A stretch of 64,000 bases of DNA, taken from positions 81,902,001-81,966,000 of the forward strand of contig NC_135886.1 in assembly GCF_964194155.1 (NCBI RefSeq), in the 5' to 3' direction. This document shows, piece after piece, positions 48,360 through 62,179 of this stretch. The stretch's first letter is position 1. Every line of letters starts with the position of its first letter. The DNA comes from Cetorhinus maximus (lineage: Eukaryota). A program made the translations under genes and the position numbers. The notes under the pieces were generated by a model. The model did no database searches and was not told the DNA's origin. It saw nothing but the letters and a program-made list of their open reading frames with translations.

Positions 48360-48920
48360 CATAACTTTTTGTACACTTCCTTTTCAATAGCTACTTATGG
48401 AAAGTTTTGCCACATTCTAATATATTTGTGTATCACTTAAATCTCCCTTTCATTATTCCAGCATGAACCTTGAGTCTAAGTCTCCTTATTACCAAATTAC
48501 TAATTGGAAATAATCTTTCATTATTGTTTCTCTCATAACCTTAACTTGCAAACATCTAGTCAATGCTGCCTTAACCAAATATCTATTCAATGCTGCCTTA
48601 ACCTTTTTTGTTCCTGTGAGGAAAAACATATTTTCTGAAGTCTTTCTTCATGACTATAATATCCCATTCCTATATTGTTCCAACTATTCACCACACACAT
48701 TTCATGGCTCTAATAGCTTTTGTGTAATAAGGTGCCAGAACTACATGCCCACACTGCAACTGTAGCCTAACTAATATTTTGTACAAGTTCAATATCACCT
48801 CCTTGCTTTCATTTTCACTGTCGCTAAGAATAAAACCCAGAATCTTAGTTGCCCTTTTTAATTACACTCTCAACTTTGAAGACTTCTATATTGATATCTC
48901 TAAAACACTCCGTTCCTGCC
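48360..48920 (-). mobile_element. Very old CR1 fragment
   Basis: ccagaactac..cactgcaactgtagcctaact..tgtacaagttcaatatcacctccttgcttt parallels CR1 RT sequence. Confidence 0.45.
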
Positions 48921-49015
48921 AACAATTTATTAATGCCAATAAAACAACGCTAATCCAGGTGGTCCTGCTTGCTTCGGATCAGTTAGAGTGACAGATATGA
49001 AAGAAAATAAATAAT

Positions 49016-49788
49016 AGCCAAGATTTTTAGGATGGCGGGGTTTCCCACCTCATCACCCGAAGAGTAGATGGGGAACATATCACTGGTGATACTGGCAGCC
49101 ACGCAGCCATTTAAGGTTTCAAGAAGCATTAATTGGCTGGAGATGGGACTTCTGCCCCTTGCTCAGAAGGCAGTCCTGCCTCGAAGAGCTGCCAGCTGTA
49201 TCTGATTGGCCAGCAGCTCTCTAGTCCCAGCGTCAGTGGACAGGACTGGTATTGCAAGCAGGTCCCAGAATCTAAGTCCTGGATGTTCAGAACAATGTAA
49301 GTGTGGGGGTATCAGGATGGGGAGGTGAGGCCCTGGGGGTGGGGGACAGAGGGGACAAGGGGGTGTTGGTGGAGAGGCCAGAAGAGTGGGAGCATGCACA
49401 GAGGCAGACCTTGTTGCTGGGGTGGGGGGGGGAGTCTGACATTAAAAAGAAGGATGTTTATAGAGGCAACCCACCCCCCCACCCCCTCCCCCCCACCCCA
49501 CCCCCAACCCCCCTTTCCCCCTTTCCCCTTCCCATCCGAGGTGTGAATAGCGTATCTTCTGGGTTTCCCCCTTTCCGCGTCTCCCTGAACTCCTCCTGCC
49601 AGGCTGAAAATTGAGGCTGGGCAGGAAATGGCCCTTAAGTGATTATTAATAAACCTCACCAGTACCATCATAAAATTGCAGAGAGGCTGGGGTGGTTGGA
49701 AGCCCAGTGGAAAGGCCATCTGAGGAATTTTATGGACCTCCTTTTCCGGTTTGCAAACTCACTAGCGGAGGAACTTAAAATTCTGCAC
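49016..49788. mobile_element. Harbinger-type non-autonomous element
   Basis: Degenerate TIRs AGCCAAGATTTT / AAAATTCTGCAC, TSD AAT, G/C-run-rich interior. Confidence 0.6.
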
Positions 49789-50139
49789 AATGTCTGCTGG
49801 TGTCTGGCACAGCCTGAAAATTGGAGTCCAAGCATTAGTGGAAAAAAAGCATACAAAATGATGTTGTTTCACTCCTTTTCCTTCAGAATTTGGAGATTTT
49901 TTGTAAAAAGCAGGATGTTTCATAATCAAATGCAGCGATTGACATAAAAATAAAAGCAAAATACTGAGGATGCTGGAAATCTGAAATAAAAACAGGAAAT
50001 GCCCAAAAAAACTCAGCAGGTCTGGCAGCATCTGTGGCAGGAGAAACTGAGTTAAAGTTTAAAGTCCATATGACTTCAGAGCTTTAAAGATGAATCAAAA
50101 CATTAACATTGTGATTGACATTGATTATTACATGGAGTT

Positions 50140-50545
50140 AGAATAGAATCTATAGCAACTAGAATGTGGCCATACTGTCCAACTGATCTACACCAGTTTT
50201 GTACTCCGCACAAGCCTCCTCCCATTCTAATTACCTTTCCCCACCCTGCTGCCATACTCCTCTCTTTTCTTCTTCTTTATGTGTGTATGAAACGTCTTCC
50301 TTAGCATATCAATGCTATTTGGTTCAACCACTCCATGTGACAGCAAGTTCAACATTCTCACCAATCTGTAAGATATTCCTTATAAATTCTTCCTTTAATC
50401 TGTTCAAATCTTATATTTATGGCTCCTCGTGCTAGTTTCACCCACAAGTGGAACCAGTTTCTTTATGTCTTCCCTACCGTGTATCTCCATAAATTTGAAG
50501 ATCTCTATCAGGTCTTCCCTTAACCTGCTCAGAAGAGCCCCAGTT
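50140..50545 (-). mobile_element. Old CR1 3' end
   Basis: Parallels 39770-40170 (caaccactcc..agcaagttc..cacccacaagtggaa). Confidence 0.5.
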
Positions 50546-51559
50546 TAATAACTTTGTATTTTCCATGTTTCATTTGCTTACATTTTTCCAGAGATATTGG
50601 AAGCTTTCTTTAAAATTGGCTTCTTGTTAGTGATAGTAATCCACTTGTTTCCATTTTGCAATTTAAGGAAATCATTGGCACTGTCACATAACTTCTCATG
50701 ATACAATTTGAAAACATCTGCACTGGAATGGAGCCTGTCCCTCAGTTAGGAGTCAGATCTGTGACAGGGCTGAAAGTCTGCATAACATTGAGTATAATGG
50801 CACTGCAAATGATCAAAAGAAGCCTAGAGCTCAATTTGAGATATATTATCTTTATTAAGACTCCATATTGCAACTGAAATATTAGGAACTAGCAGAGACC
50901 CACAAAAACATTGCAGTTAAATTAGTATATTTATTGCAACAGTATTTCTTTAAATACAGGATTTCTAGTTATTATTTCACCAAAGACTTAAGAGAATCAA
51001 GGCTTCTCACTCAGGAAAAAACTAAATAAAGCTGTCTATGTGTAAAAACAGGCTGAGGAATATAAATACAAATTTTGTCAAGAATCTGGCCTTGTGATTT
51101 GTTTATTTTACAGCAGTCTAATTGGGGATTGTGTTCTCTTGAGTTGAAAAGACAGGTTTACATCTGATGGGCTCAGTGTTTTTGACGAATAAACACTCTC
51201 TATTTCCTTGAAAGCTGCCTGGTATAATCTAAGCATCGATCATTGAAGAAAACTGCTTCCTGACCCTCAAACTTGTACTTTGACAAAGCCTTTGTTTAGG
51301 ATTCAAGTTACATAGCAACATTATAACTGCTCCTTCCTTGAGTCTAAGTTTGTGTAATGACCTGCCCATTGGAGTTAGACTGTGTAGAAATCTGGAGGAT
51401 ATTACGACTGTTATCGTCTTCTTTGTCTATAAAATCAACCCTGATGTATTCTTTAAATTCACCTGACAGCTTTTCTAAAAAAAAAATTTGTAAAATCTAG
51501 TGAATCTTTAGCACAAAAAACAGCTTTTGAAATAATAAGCTGTATTAAATAAGTCTATC

Positions 51560-51705
51560 ATCTCATCCCCCTCTGTCCCATGCCATCCCATCCCATGCCA
51601 TTCTATCCTTTCCATTCCATCCCATCCCTCACATTCCATCCCCACCTTGTTCCTTCCATCCCTCCCATGTCATCCCCGTTCTGTGCTTGTCATCCCCATC
51701 CTCAT
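51560..51705. repeat. Degenerate (CCATC)n simple repeat
   Basis: Directly visible. Confidence 0.7.
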
Positions 51706-52579
51706 CACTCATGTAAACAAACTCTCCAGCCAGGTTAACTTTGATTTTGGGCTCCCCTTACCTTCTGCTGTTTTATTTCTCCACCAACCCCAGCCCCCCT
51801 CCCCACCGCTGCCATCAAATGTTGACAGCTACATACACGTCACGCCCTTCAGTCCTTCACACGCCCCATTTCTCTCCGCACACGCCAAGTGGTACCTACC
51901 AAATAAACTCACCAGCGGAAGCAGCCCTTAAACTAACCAATGAAAACAATCCAGGCAGACAAAACCTAAGAATTATTATAGATAAGATTCTCTAACATTT
52001 TTTTCCCACCCTTTCCTGATTTTTACCCAGGCTGGCACCTTTTTGACTTGGACGACAGTAGGAGACATGCTTCCGGGTGCCTGCCATTGTTGCCTTATGT
52101 CAGGCTGTACCAAGCGTGACTCTCCCTTCAATTTTCTATTTTTCTCTCCCTTACTTTCTGAAGATACCTATGGCCTCCACTCAGAGCCTTCATGCAGCAT
52201 CAGCGGCTTATCATATGAGAAATTATAGGCACAATGCTGCATCCTATTTCTCTGTGCCCCAGTCTATTGGAACTCTGTACCACATTCAACTTTTATTAAT
52301 TTAAAAATCTATTACTCGAGTTTTCACTGTGCAGTGCACTCTTATTCTAAGTTGAGCCGGAGTATTTAGCATAAGACATGGAACAAAATTCTGCTGAAAC
52401 AATCCTACTCTTCTTCAATGTAGAATCTGTTCAATCATAAACTATATCCATTCATTTATCTCTTAAAGATCTGCATCAATTTTTCTGATAATCCAAATGT
52501 TAAAAATAAATTCCAAAACATTTATCTTTTCACACGTTTTCACAATCCAGCCCTGGCTTGTTTCCCTCTTCAGTTTAAA

Positions 52580-52985
52580 TGTCAGCTTGGTTCAGTTGAA
52601 TTACTATTGCCTTTGAGTCAGGAAGCTGTGGGTTAAACAGCTTGGGGCTCCACCCCAAGCATTGAATACATAACCTAATTCATTGTACTACTGAGGAGTT
52701 GCTAGGTTGTCAGTGGCAATATCTTTCAGATGAGAAATTAGACTGAAGCACTATCTGCTTGCTTATGTGGACATAAAAAGGTCTCATGACACTTTTCCGC
52801 AGATAATGAGTTCTTCCAGCCAAAACATAGTCATTAATCTCCCTGCTGTGTCTGTGACCTTGCTGCGTACAAATCGGCTGCATAGAAAACAACAGACTAC
52901 ACCGCAGAAAAAAATAATTGGCCTTGAAGCAGCTTGGCATGCCCTGAATTCTGAAACGTTCTATTTAAATGCAAGTTTTTCTTCT
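52580..52985 (+). mobile_element. DeuSINE-like SINE, decayed
   Basis: tRNA-like head gtcagcttggttcagttg..gagtcaggaag, central tctttcagatgagaaattagactgaag..gtggacataaaaagg (Deu-domain-like), tail ataaatgcaagt-like. Confidence 0.6.
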
Positions 52986-53156
52986 TCACTGCCCCAGTAG
53001 TAAAGGACTGTTAGGTCCTATAAAATATTTGATCATCTCCCTTATTCTTTGAATTATCAACTTCAATAATAAAAACAGAAAGTGCTGGAAAAGCTCAGCA
53101 GATCTAGCAGTGTGACTCTTCAAGAAGAGCCATATTCGACTTGAAACATTAACTAT

Positions 53157-53872
53157 GAGCAGCATATTCCGGTCGGCGAGCGGGGGCGGGGCCCACTTGC
53201 CAACGTGTAAAATGACGCGGGGGTACGTCGGGCGTGCGTTCCGACTTCACCCCGCGTAATTTAGATTCTCAGTTCCTGCCTAACTGTCAACGGCCTTTTA
53301 AGGCCATTAAAAAACTAATTAAGGTTGTTAATGGACCTGCCCGTCCAACCTTAAGGTTGGCTGGCAGGCCGGGAGCCCTGGCGGACTTCAGAAAAAACAT
53401 GAAACCTCATCCCCGGGCGGGATGAGTTTTCATGAGGGTATTTAAATTTTTATGAAATGTTTCAATAAAAGTTATGTACATGTCCCAACTCATGTGACAC
53501 TGTCACATGAGGGGACAGGGCAGGGAAATTTTTTTATTACCTTTATTTAAAGTTTTCAATTGGAGCTGATCTCCCTGAGGCAGCACTTTGCCTCAGGGAG
53601 ATCTGTGCGCTCTTTAGCGTGCATGCGTGAAACAGCGCACTCCTGGCTGAGGGAATTTCCCCCCCCCCCCCCGCCCCGGCCACACAGGGAGCACACAGCG
53701 CTTCCTGGCAGATGTCATGCTGGGTGGGCCTTAATTGGCCCGCCCACGTAAAATGGCGGCACCCCCGCAACTGGAGGAGCCGATCGGAAGGCCACCCGCC
53801 CATGCCCGCTCCCACACTCCCCACCCCACCCACACACCCCCCCCATCCCCCAACGGGGGGAAAATGTTGCCC
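53157..53872 (+). mobile_element. Harbinger-type MITE inserted in a Penelope-like remnant
   Basis: Ends GAGCAGCATATTCC / GGAAAATGTTGCCC, TSD TAT. Host element continues on both sides (53070-53156, 53873-53970). Confidence 0.85.
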
Positions 53873-55549
53873 TATGTTTCTCACTCCACAGATGCTGCCT
53901 GACCTGCTGAGTTTTCCAGCACTTTGTTTTTATTTTGGATTTCCAAGCATCCATAGTGTTTTGCTTTCACTTTAACCTCAAATCCTGTTTGCAACCAAAT
54001 ATTTATTCAATTCCATTTTAGTTAATTGCTTTAGCCACAAGTTCTTTTTGTGGGGTCTGTTCCACATACCTATCATTTTGTATGGGGAGAGAAGCTTCTA
54101 TTGTCTTCTTAAGTGAAGCTCTTAGTTTTTTTAAGTTGTATCCTCTGATTTTGTGACTCAATATAGCCTACTGACAATTACATCATCTATGGCCTCTGAG
54201 CATTTTTAAAGTCATTGTTCTCTGAATCATTTTTCCAGTGAAAACCATATCAGCTTAATGAGTTTCCTCATAATTTAGAGCTCTAGAATCCAGAATCACC
54301 CATGCCATTGTTCTCCATGCCACCTCCACACATTACAAATATGCCACTCCTAATGAACTATGTATGGTTAGAATAACTACTTTTGACTTACAGTTAAGGT
54401 TATTGACTTATTATCATTAATATCTACCCAGATACTGCAGTATTCACTGCCAGCTAACAAGTCATGTTGTGTGTGCTTAGTGTAGAAACTCATGCATTTA
54501 TTGCAGGATGTTGTGCCATTTCAAATCACTTCCCTATTTATATATGGTGCTCTCAAAATATAACCAAATATTTGATTCATTTCTTTGATAGTGACTTCAC
54601 ATTGACTAGAAACTTTAAATGAATGATTAATATTTTGATCATATACCTATTCCTTTCTCCACTTTTCCTAACTCCTGCTGGTTAATTCATGGAAAATATT
54701 ATGCAGGTTTATGGCAGCAGGAGCAACCACTTAATTTCTTGGCAAGTTTTTACCCTCTCTAATTACTTTCTAAAAGATTATTCTGCTCATTGTGATCCTT
54801 TTCAGATAATGATCAGAGTGACAAATTTGTTATGTGTTTAAAACTGCCATTATTTGGAATTGATCTCAGGTCATCCTGCTGATTGGGATACAAAAATCTC
54901 CGCCACTTGGATAACCGCATTCAGCAATAATTCTAAACCATAGAAGAGAGAAACATTTATGTGCCAGTCTGTGTAAACACTGTAAGCTGGAGTATTATCA
55001 TTAGCAGTTTCACTTAAGCTTGGAAACTGTGATTCAAACCACCCTGTTTAAGTTCAGCCAGAATTATAAACCATATAAATTTGGATTCTTGTGAGTCAGT
55101 TACAAGAATATGGGATTCAGGTTACATCACAAACCTTCTGCATGAAACTCATAAAATTTAAAATTGTCACTTAAACCCTGAGTTTAGATTGCAACTTCTT
55201 ACTCTTTTCTATCTGTCTTTATAATAGTCGCAATGAAGAACTACCATTCAGAAAGAGACCTGGAAAGCTAGGGTTTTTTCATTAGAGCCAAGAAAGTTGG
55301 AGGGTTTGACATCATACAGGTTTTTTTAAATTGAGAGGTTTTAATAGAGTAAATAGTAATTGTCTCAGGACAGGACTAAAGTCAAATGACCCAAATTATG
55401 AGGAATTAAATTCAACATAAAGAAATGTAACATCATGCAAATCAGTAATACTCAATGTCCATCAGTACCCAACTACACACTGATAATTCCCTTTTGAAGC
55501 CACTAAAGAATGCTGTTACTTAGGAATTCACATCCAAAACCATTTAAAT

Positions 55550-56155
55550 TGGAATGTACAAAGTCAACACTTAGCCTCCAAGGCATCCAAAATGTTTGGG
55601 TTCATGAAACAGAACTTCCATCACTCTTCAACAATATTAAAGGAAATACTGCACCAGGCATCGGTTAGACCACACTTAGAGTATGGCATAGTTGCCTGGG
55701 ACCCATATATATTGCCAAAAACGTTACTTTCCTTGAGAAAGCTCAATGCCGGATCGCTTGTTTCGTTATAAACAATTACTCATGAGATTCTAGTGTCTCC
55801 AAGTTGGTCATGTCACTAGGTTGGCACAGTCTCCAGAACCAAAGAAAAACCTCTATGAAATTTTGAATGAACAATTAAATATTTCTAAGCAGTACATTAA
55901 GACCAAAAGTGACTTAGCTCATAGAGTTTATAACCAACAGTTCTAATTGTATACACCCCAGCATGCTTCTTTTGTTAACTCCTATTTTCCAAGAACAATC
56001 TTCCACAAACATTAATCTCCATGCCCTCTCAGGATTCATTCAAGAAAAAGCTGTTGAATTTTTTTAATTAAAGTGACCATCGGCTGCACTCATTGTGCAC
56101 CTCCTGTGAAAATTCCCTGGTGGAAGACTATGAATTGAAACCTTACCAAGTACCA
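55550..56155 (+). mobile_element. LINE RT C-terminal fragment from a third family
   Basis: Translates to ASKASKMFGFMKQNF..VRPHLEYGIVAWDPY (55574-55710). Confidence 0.65.
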
Positions 56156-56339
56156 ACTTAGAGCATGTGCTGAAATCTCTTTAACCCACAACCATCTAAC
56201 TCATAGGCAGAGTGATACCTCTCACATCTGGTGGGAAGGAGCAGAATTTAACACATTGAATCAGTCACTGGTCTGGGAAAGAAGCAGATTTAAATGTCTT
56301 TCATCATCCAGTGTTGTGGGAAGGGAACACAGTTTAACC

Positions 56340-56700
56340 CCTGCTGCACTGTTGGTGGTGCTGCCTTTTGGATAAGACATTAGACTAGACACCCCCTTTG
56401 CCCCTGATCTCCCCTCTCAGGTGTATCTAAACGTTCGTGTAGTCACTATATTACTACAGTACAGAAAAGCAGGTTAGTTCTTCTACTGTCCCGGCCAATA
56501 TTTACCTCTCAACCAACATCACTGAAAAGATATTTGGAAATTTGTTTGATCGGTGTTTGTGGGACCTTGCCCATAAACCCACTGGTATGTTTCCCTACCT
56601 TACAACAGTGAGTACACTTAAAAGTACTTGCTTGGCTGTGAAGCACTTCAGGTTGTTCAGAGTTCATAAAATATGCCATATAAATCAAAGCTTATTCTTT
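56340..56700 (+). mobile_element. DeuSINE-like SINE (headless)
   Basis: gctgcactgttggtggtgctgccttttggataagacatta..ctctcaggtg..tgtcccggccaatattta..gtttgtgggaccttgc..ttggctgtgaagcactt. Confidence 0.6.
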
Positions 56701-56719
56701 TATTCTGTTGGTCAGTGAG

Positions 56720-58110
56720 TTTGTCACCAAGAGAGCACAAAGTTAAGAAAATAACAAAAGGAATTAAAGGGGAAAATATAAATAAATTCTTTACACAAAG
56801 GAGGTTACAAAATGGAATTCACTGTCTCAAATCGTTGTTGAAGTCAAGTCCGTAAGTACTTTGAAAGGGAAATTTGTTGCTTGAAAATGAGGAGTATTAA
56901 AGAATTAAGGAAGCAAACAGAAGATTAGGATGAGATTTGATCAGAATGCACAGCATAATATTGGTGCAGACTTGATGGGCTGAATGCCTTGTTTCTATGA
57001 TGTAACATTCCATGATCTGCACAGGTGTTTCTACTGGCTACATGTTGTGATCACTCCCTGTCTATAATGCACATTTAAATGTCATGATTTGAATGAAGTG
57101 TGATTCCAGTAAATGTTGCAAACATTTAGAACAGTCAAATTAATCACATTTGAGGCGTGTAATTGACAGACTTTTCATACCTCTATGTAGCATGTAGTCA
57201 TTTTGTGATTTGGCACATAAGGTATTATATTGTTAAAGGGGCCTTTAAACCTTCTAATAACACCTCATAAACATTAGCACTGTACAGGTGTACCAGGACA
57301 TCAGAATTGCCCTCGTCAAGCAGTTTATAACCTTTATCTGAATTTTAAGATTAGTAGGTAAAAATTGTGATTAGTATTATCATCCCAAATTCTTTGACTA
57401 TTAATAAGTGTGAGGTGATACATTCTGGTTAAAAAGGCATAGCAATTATACTCTGAATGAAAGTAGGCTTGGAGCTGTGGAAGACCAGAGGGATTTGGAG
57501 GTATAAATTCACAGGACGTTAAAGGCAGCACCTTGGTTTGTTAAGGCCATAGGAAGGATGAAATTCTAGATTTTATAACAAGAGTTACAGAATATAAAAT
57601 GTTAATTAATAAGGCTATTGTATATAGTATGGGGCTCCATATGGGACAAATTTTGAAGTTTTGGAGTGATACAACATTGATTCATAGGGATATCGGCTAT
57701 TTTGAAGAAATAAAACACAAGGACTCGAAAATTGAGGCAGATTATGGGACTATATGATAGAAAAATAAAAATATGAAAGGATGGGATAGGTTAGATGGAA
57801 GCAGATTGTTTCCAGTTGTTTAAGGGTTATGAATGAAAAGCCAGATAAAAGTAAATATATGAGATTTCAAACAAAAAGCAAGAGGAACCTGAGGTTACAA
57901 TAAATTCACTTCCAGGGTTAAGTGGTTGAGGCAAAAACTATGTAACATTCAAGATTAGATTAGCTAGGTGGATGAAGGAAAGAGAGAACAAAGGGTATGG
58001 AAACATGGCAGGCGTAAACATGATTTGAACTATTTGCTTGGGTGGAGGGTAAATGCTGACACACAATTTGGCTAAATAGGCTGTTTTTGTGTTAACTTGT
58101 ATGTAAAAGC
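56720..58110 (+). mobile_element. Two old CR1 3' fragments (~56720-57015 and ~57470-58110)
   Basis: CR1-type ends gatgggctgaatgccttgtttctatg and ggctaaataggctgtttttgtg. Confidence 0.45.
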
Positions 58111-59059
58111 TGGCAAATACCTGCAATAAAATAGCTAAGAGGAGAATTTCATAGGAGCACCTCGATGTTCAGAAAACAATGCCAATGCTTACTGTCTCTA
58201 TTGTCCTTGGTATCAATTGTGTTTATAGATATAAAATTTTAACTGAGTACTTTATTCTATTTCCACAACTGCTATTTTCCATAGCACTGGTCCAGGCTGC
58301 TAGGCAGTTCCATGATGTTTACAGTTTCGGATTAGAAATAGTAACATTGTGACTGCAAGTTCTCAGTATATAATGTGACATGAATAAATGTACCACGTAC
58401 AGCTTTATTGTTAGACTGCCATCCTGAAATGATCTAAATGATCCATTACAATAGCTAAACGTGATACCATCAAACAAGCATTAACTAGTGTTGGTCGCTA
58501 CAGAGCATTCTGATTACCCAGAGATCCCCCCCTCCCCCCGACACACACATACAAACCCACACACACACACTTACAAAAAACCAGATTTACACACTTCAAA
58601 GTTCTTCCTACACCCCTAGGGGAGGTGTAATATTGCTGAAAACATCTGCTACCACGTTTCTTCCGAGCAGCAATTTCAAAACCAAAAAATCCAGAAACGT
58701 GAGTTAACTGGAAGACTTGAGTTAGTGTACAGATATCTCCATGAAAGAAGGGTGAAGAGAAGCATATAGATTATTACATTTTTGTATTTTTCATGCTGGA
58801 TATATTACTTGAGTTTCAATTCAAAACACCAATAAGTTGAACTTCTGTCCTCTAAGAACGAGATGTATTTTTACGTGCCCAATCTCTAAATAAATGTAGC
58901 AAAATTCTATGGTTGAATGGAGTACCCTTTGCCACCACATTCTGGTTGTCATGTGACCCCTCACCTTCAGTAGGCAGGCATTTTTTATCTGACTGAGGCT
59001 CAGCCAAAGAAGCAGCAAACAGTTTATTTAATATTAAACTGATTAATGTAAAATGTTAA

Positions 59060-59602
59060 ACAAAAACAAAAATACCTGGAAAAACTCAGCAGGTCTGACA
59101 GCATCTGTGGAGAAGAACATGTTTCGAGTTCGTATGACTGTTCATAAGAACTAAGAAATATAGAAATGAGGTGGAATATAAGCTGGTTGAAGGGGGGGGG
59201 CGGCGGTGGGACAGGTAGAGCTGGATAGAGGGCCAGTGATAGGTGGAGGCAAAGAAGAGATTGCCAAAGATGTCATAGACAAAAGGACAAAGGGGTGTTG
59301 ACGGTGGTGATATTAGCTGAGGAATGCGCTAATGATGACATTAAGGGTAGAAAGCAGGACGGGCAAGTGACAGATAGCCCTAGTGGGGGTGGGGTGGGGG
59401 GAAGGGATCGAAATAGGCTAAAAGGTAGAGATAAAACAATGGATGGAAATACATTTAAAAATAATGGAAATAGGTGGGAAAAGAAAAATATATATATATA
59501 AAAAATTATAAATTATTGGAAAAAGGGGGATCGGAAAGGGGATGGGGATGGAGGAGAGAGTTCATGATCTAAAGCTGTTGAACTCAATATTAAGTCCGGA
59601 AG
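59060..59602 (-). mobile_element. Penelope-like element (family A) 3' end
   Basis: Collinear with the reverse complement of 45420-45930. Flanked by an imperfect duplication ttaatgtaaa(a)tgttaa. Confidence 0.82.
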
Positions 59603-60318
59603 TGACTTAATGTAAATGTTAATGTTTAATGTAAAGTGTTATGTCTTTTGTTTCCCAGAAGTTCGAAACAATTACACTTTTAGGCTCAAATGCTAGAGCT
59701 TTATCAAATGTATTTCTCAGGTCAGACCATGTGTTACAGAACTGATACATTGTTAATTTGATACAGAGACTGTAGTTCGGTCATGAGTTGATGTGGCACT
59801 CTGGATACTTCTGTATACATAGGCATGAACATATATTTCCTAAATCATATTGGAATAATATAACAATATAACATAAGATGCTTGTGCAAAGTAATTTACA
59901 AACTTGCCATCCTTCCTGAAGCAACAAGCTATCAAAGACCCTTCTTCTGTCTTATCTTAAGATAACATTGATTCTTGGAACATGATGCTTACATGATGAA
60001 AAACTGCCACATACTGATATATAGTTCAGTTTCCTTGCTAGGGTTAAATTGATTGACTGCTGGCATAAAGTCCAATATAGATATATCATTTAAAGTCTTT
60101 TGAGATGATGGTGAACACTGAAAAACTATATCCTAACCATATTAGATCAATTGCCAGCCGCAATATTAAAGCACAGACAATACTATCAAGTGTACATGGA
60201 TCTGCTCTAGTTCACCAGGTTCAAACTGAACACCATAACATATGAACATAATTTAAGTTGGTATTGTTAAAATAGGTCTCCGTCAAAGTGCAGTGACAGT
60301 GAAACTACACAAGGCAAG

Positions 60319-60444
60319 GACCGGGATTTTCCGGCCCCGTCATGGCAGGACTCGCCGCGGGAGATTCAGTGGTCCAACCAAAGGGCCGTTGACTTCGGTG
60401 GGACCAGACAATCCCGGTGATGGGTGGGCTGGAAAATCCCACCC
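60319..60444. mobile_element. ~125-bp MITE
   Basis: Inverted ends GGGATTTTCCGGCCC / GGGCTGGAAAATCCC. Confidence 0.65.
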
Positions 60445-61342
60445 CCTTCTGAACTACACCTCTTTGCCTTGTCCTGAGGTGCAAATATTTACCTGGCTAT
60501 CATGTAAATTTTAGCCAATCTGCAAAAACAGCCAGCAGAAAATAATAATACTGCAATGTCTCATGATTGCCAAGAAGGAATCCAAAAAAAGACAAAAATG
60601 TGTAAGTCTCTCGTGAAGAGATCTGAATAAGGTACACTGGAGTCAAGACTTAAATGTTTAAATTTAACTTCAATTGGGAGCATTATACTCCATGTAGTAG
60701 AAATTTGTCTTGGCCTGTTTTTGTGTTCAGAATTAGCACTGTAGAATATGTGTCCCAAAAATGAGGACCAACACTGGTGCAAAATTATACTTAGGGTCTC
60801 ATTATATTAATTTAGGTTTTTGCTCGTGCTCCCTTGGTCCTTTTTAATCTATCTAATTCCGCAGCCTAAATCCATGGATTGAGACTAATGGTGTCATTAT
60901 TTTAAAGACCTCAAACAAATCTCCTTAATGTCTACACTATTGTTAAGTAAAAACGTCCAAAAATTTTAAATTAGCATTGGAACTGAAGGTACATATTAAT
61001 CTAGTGGTCCTCCTCTGAATCTTTCCCAGTGTCTCATTGTCACCCACCATTTAAGAGTGCAAAACTGAGCGTAGTATTTTAGATGAGACCTGACCAAGCT
61101 TATCCAAAACTGTACTGCCCATTACTTTACTGCGAAATATTTCTTGATAACCAGGCAGGCAATATGTCACAATCACTAATCCTAAGAAGTAGAATCCTTC
61201 AGTATGTGAATTATTGTACCGTGACACAGAGTAAAAGGCTTTCAGAAACCACTGTCATTGTCAGAAACAAATACATACCAAATTAAAACAACCCCATGAA
61301 GTTTCTACTAAAACAAAATTTAAAAAATGATTTCAAGACTCT

Positions 61343-61950
61343 GAGCAGAATTTTGCCCTTGATAGGCAGGCCCCACCGGCTCAGTGGCGGGCGGGCAGCC
61401 GATCGCCACCGTTGAAACGGGCCCCGCCGCCATTTTAAGTGGGCGGGAGGAGGGGGGGGAGGGGAGGGATTCCCCAGCTGTCAAAGTGCGCTCTTTCGCG
61501 CATGTGCCTCAGGGAGAGCGCTGAAAGTTTAAAAATAGAAAAATAAAAAAATCATTAACATGTCCCCCTCATGTGACAATGTCACACGGGATGGGACATG
61601 TTAATAAATATCACAGAAAATTTATTAAAGTTCTTTAAAACCGACATGAAACCTCATCCCACCAGTGGATGAGGTTTCATGTTTTTTCGGAAGCCCGCTG
61701 GGGCTCCTGGCCTGCCCGCCAGCCTTAAGGTTGGACGGGCAGAGCCTTTAATTGATTTAACTACCCTGTCAATAGCCTCAATTGGCCGTTGACAGGTCGG
61801 CGGGCTGACAGCTGATCGCTTTGTCCCCGCCTTCCTGAATATTTAAATGGGTTGGGCGGATGTCGGGGGTTTCCCCCGACGTCATCCCGCATCATTTTCC
61901 TGTCAGCTAGCGGGCCCCGCCCCCAGCTCGCCGACGGAAAAATTCTGCCC
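61343..61950 (-). mobile_element. Harbinger-type MITE (reverse orientation relative to 36224-36805)
   Basis: TIR GAGCAGAATTTT / AAAATTCTGCCC, TSD TCT. Confidence 0.9.
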
Positions 61951-62179
61951 TCTGGGTTCAGAGAATTATTAGAAAATAACAGAGCTGTATAGTTCATGAT
62001 GATATCTAAACTTTTCGATCTTAATGCTTTAATCACTGCCGGTATCTGCTTTGCTATTTTTTTTTGATAACAAGGGCATCCAAAGAGGAAAGTTTCCATC
62101 TGGAGTGATTTGAGCCATTGTCTAGAAACTGTCTCCCTCGGGATAACACCCAGTTCGGTTATGACATGCTGATTATAAA

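Noticed and set aside
59120-59152. Additional hammerheads in the 59.1, 53.1 and 24.9 kb Penelope-like remnants
   Set aside because: Core or helices are too mutated (e.g. CTTATGA, missing helix III) to call as intact motifs.
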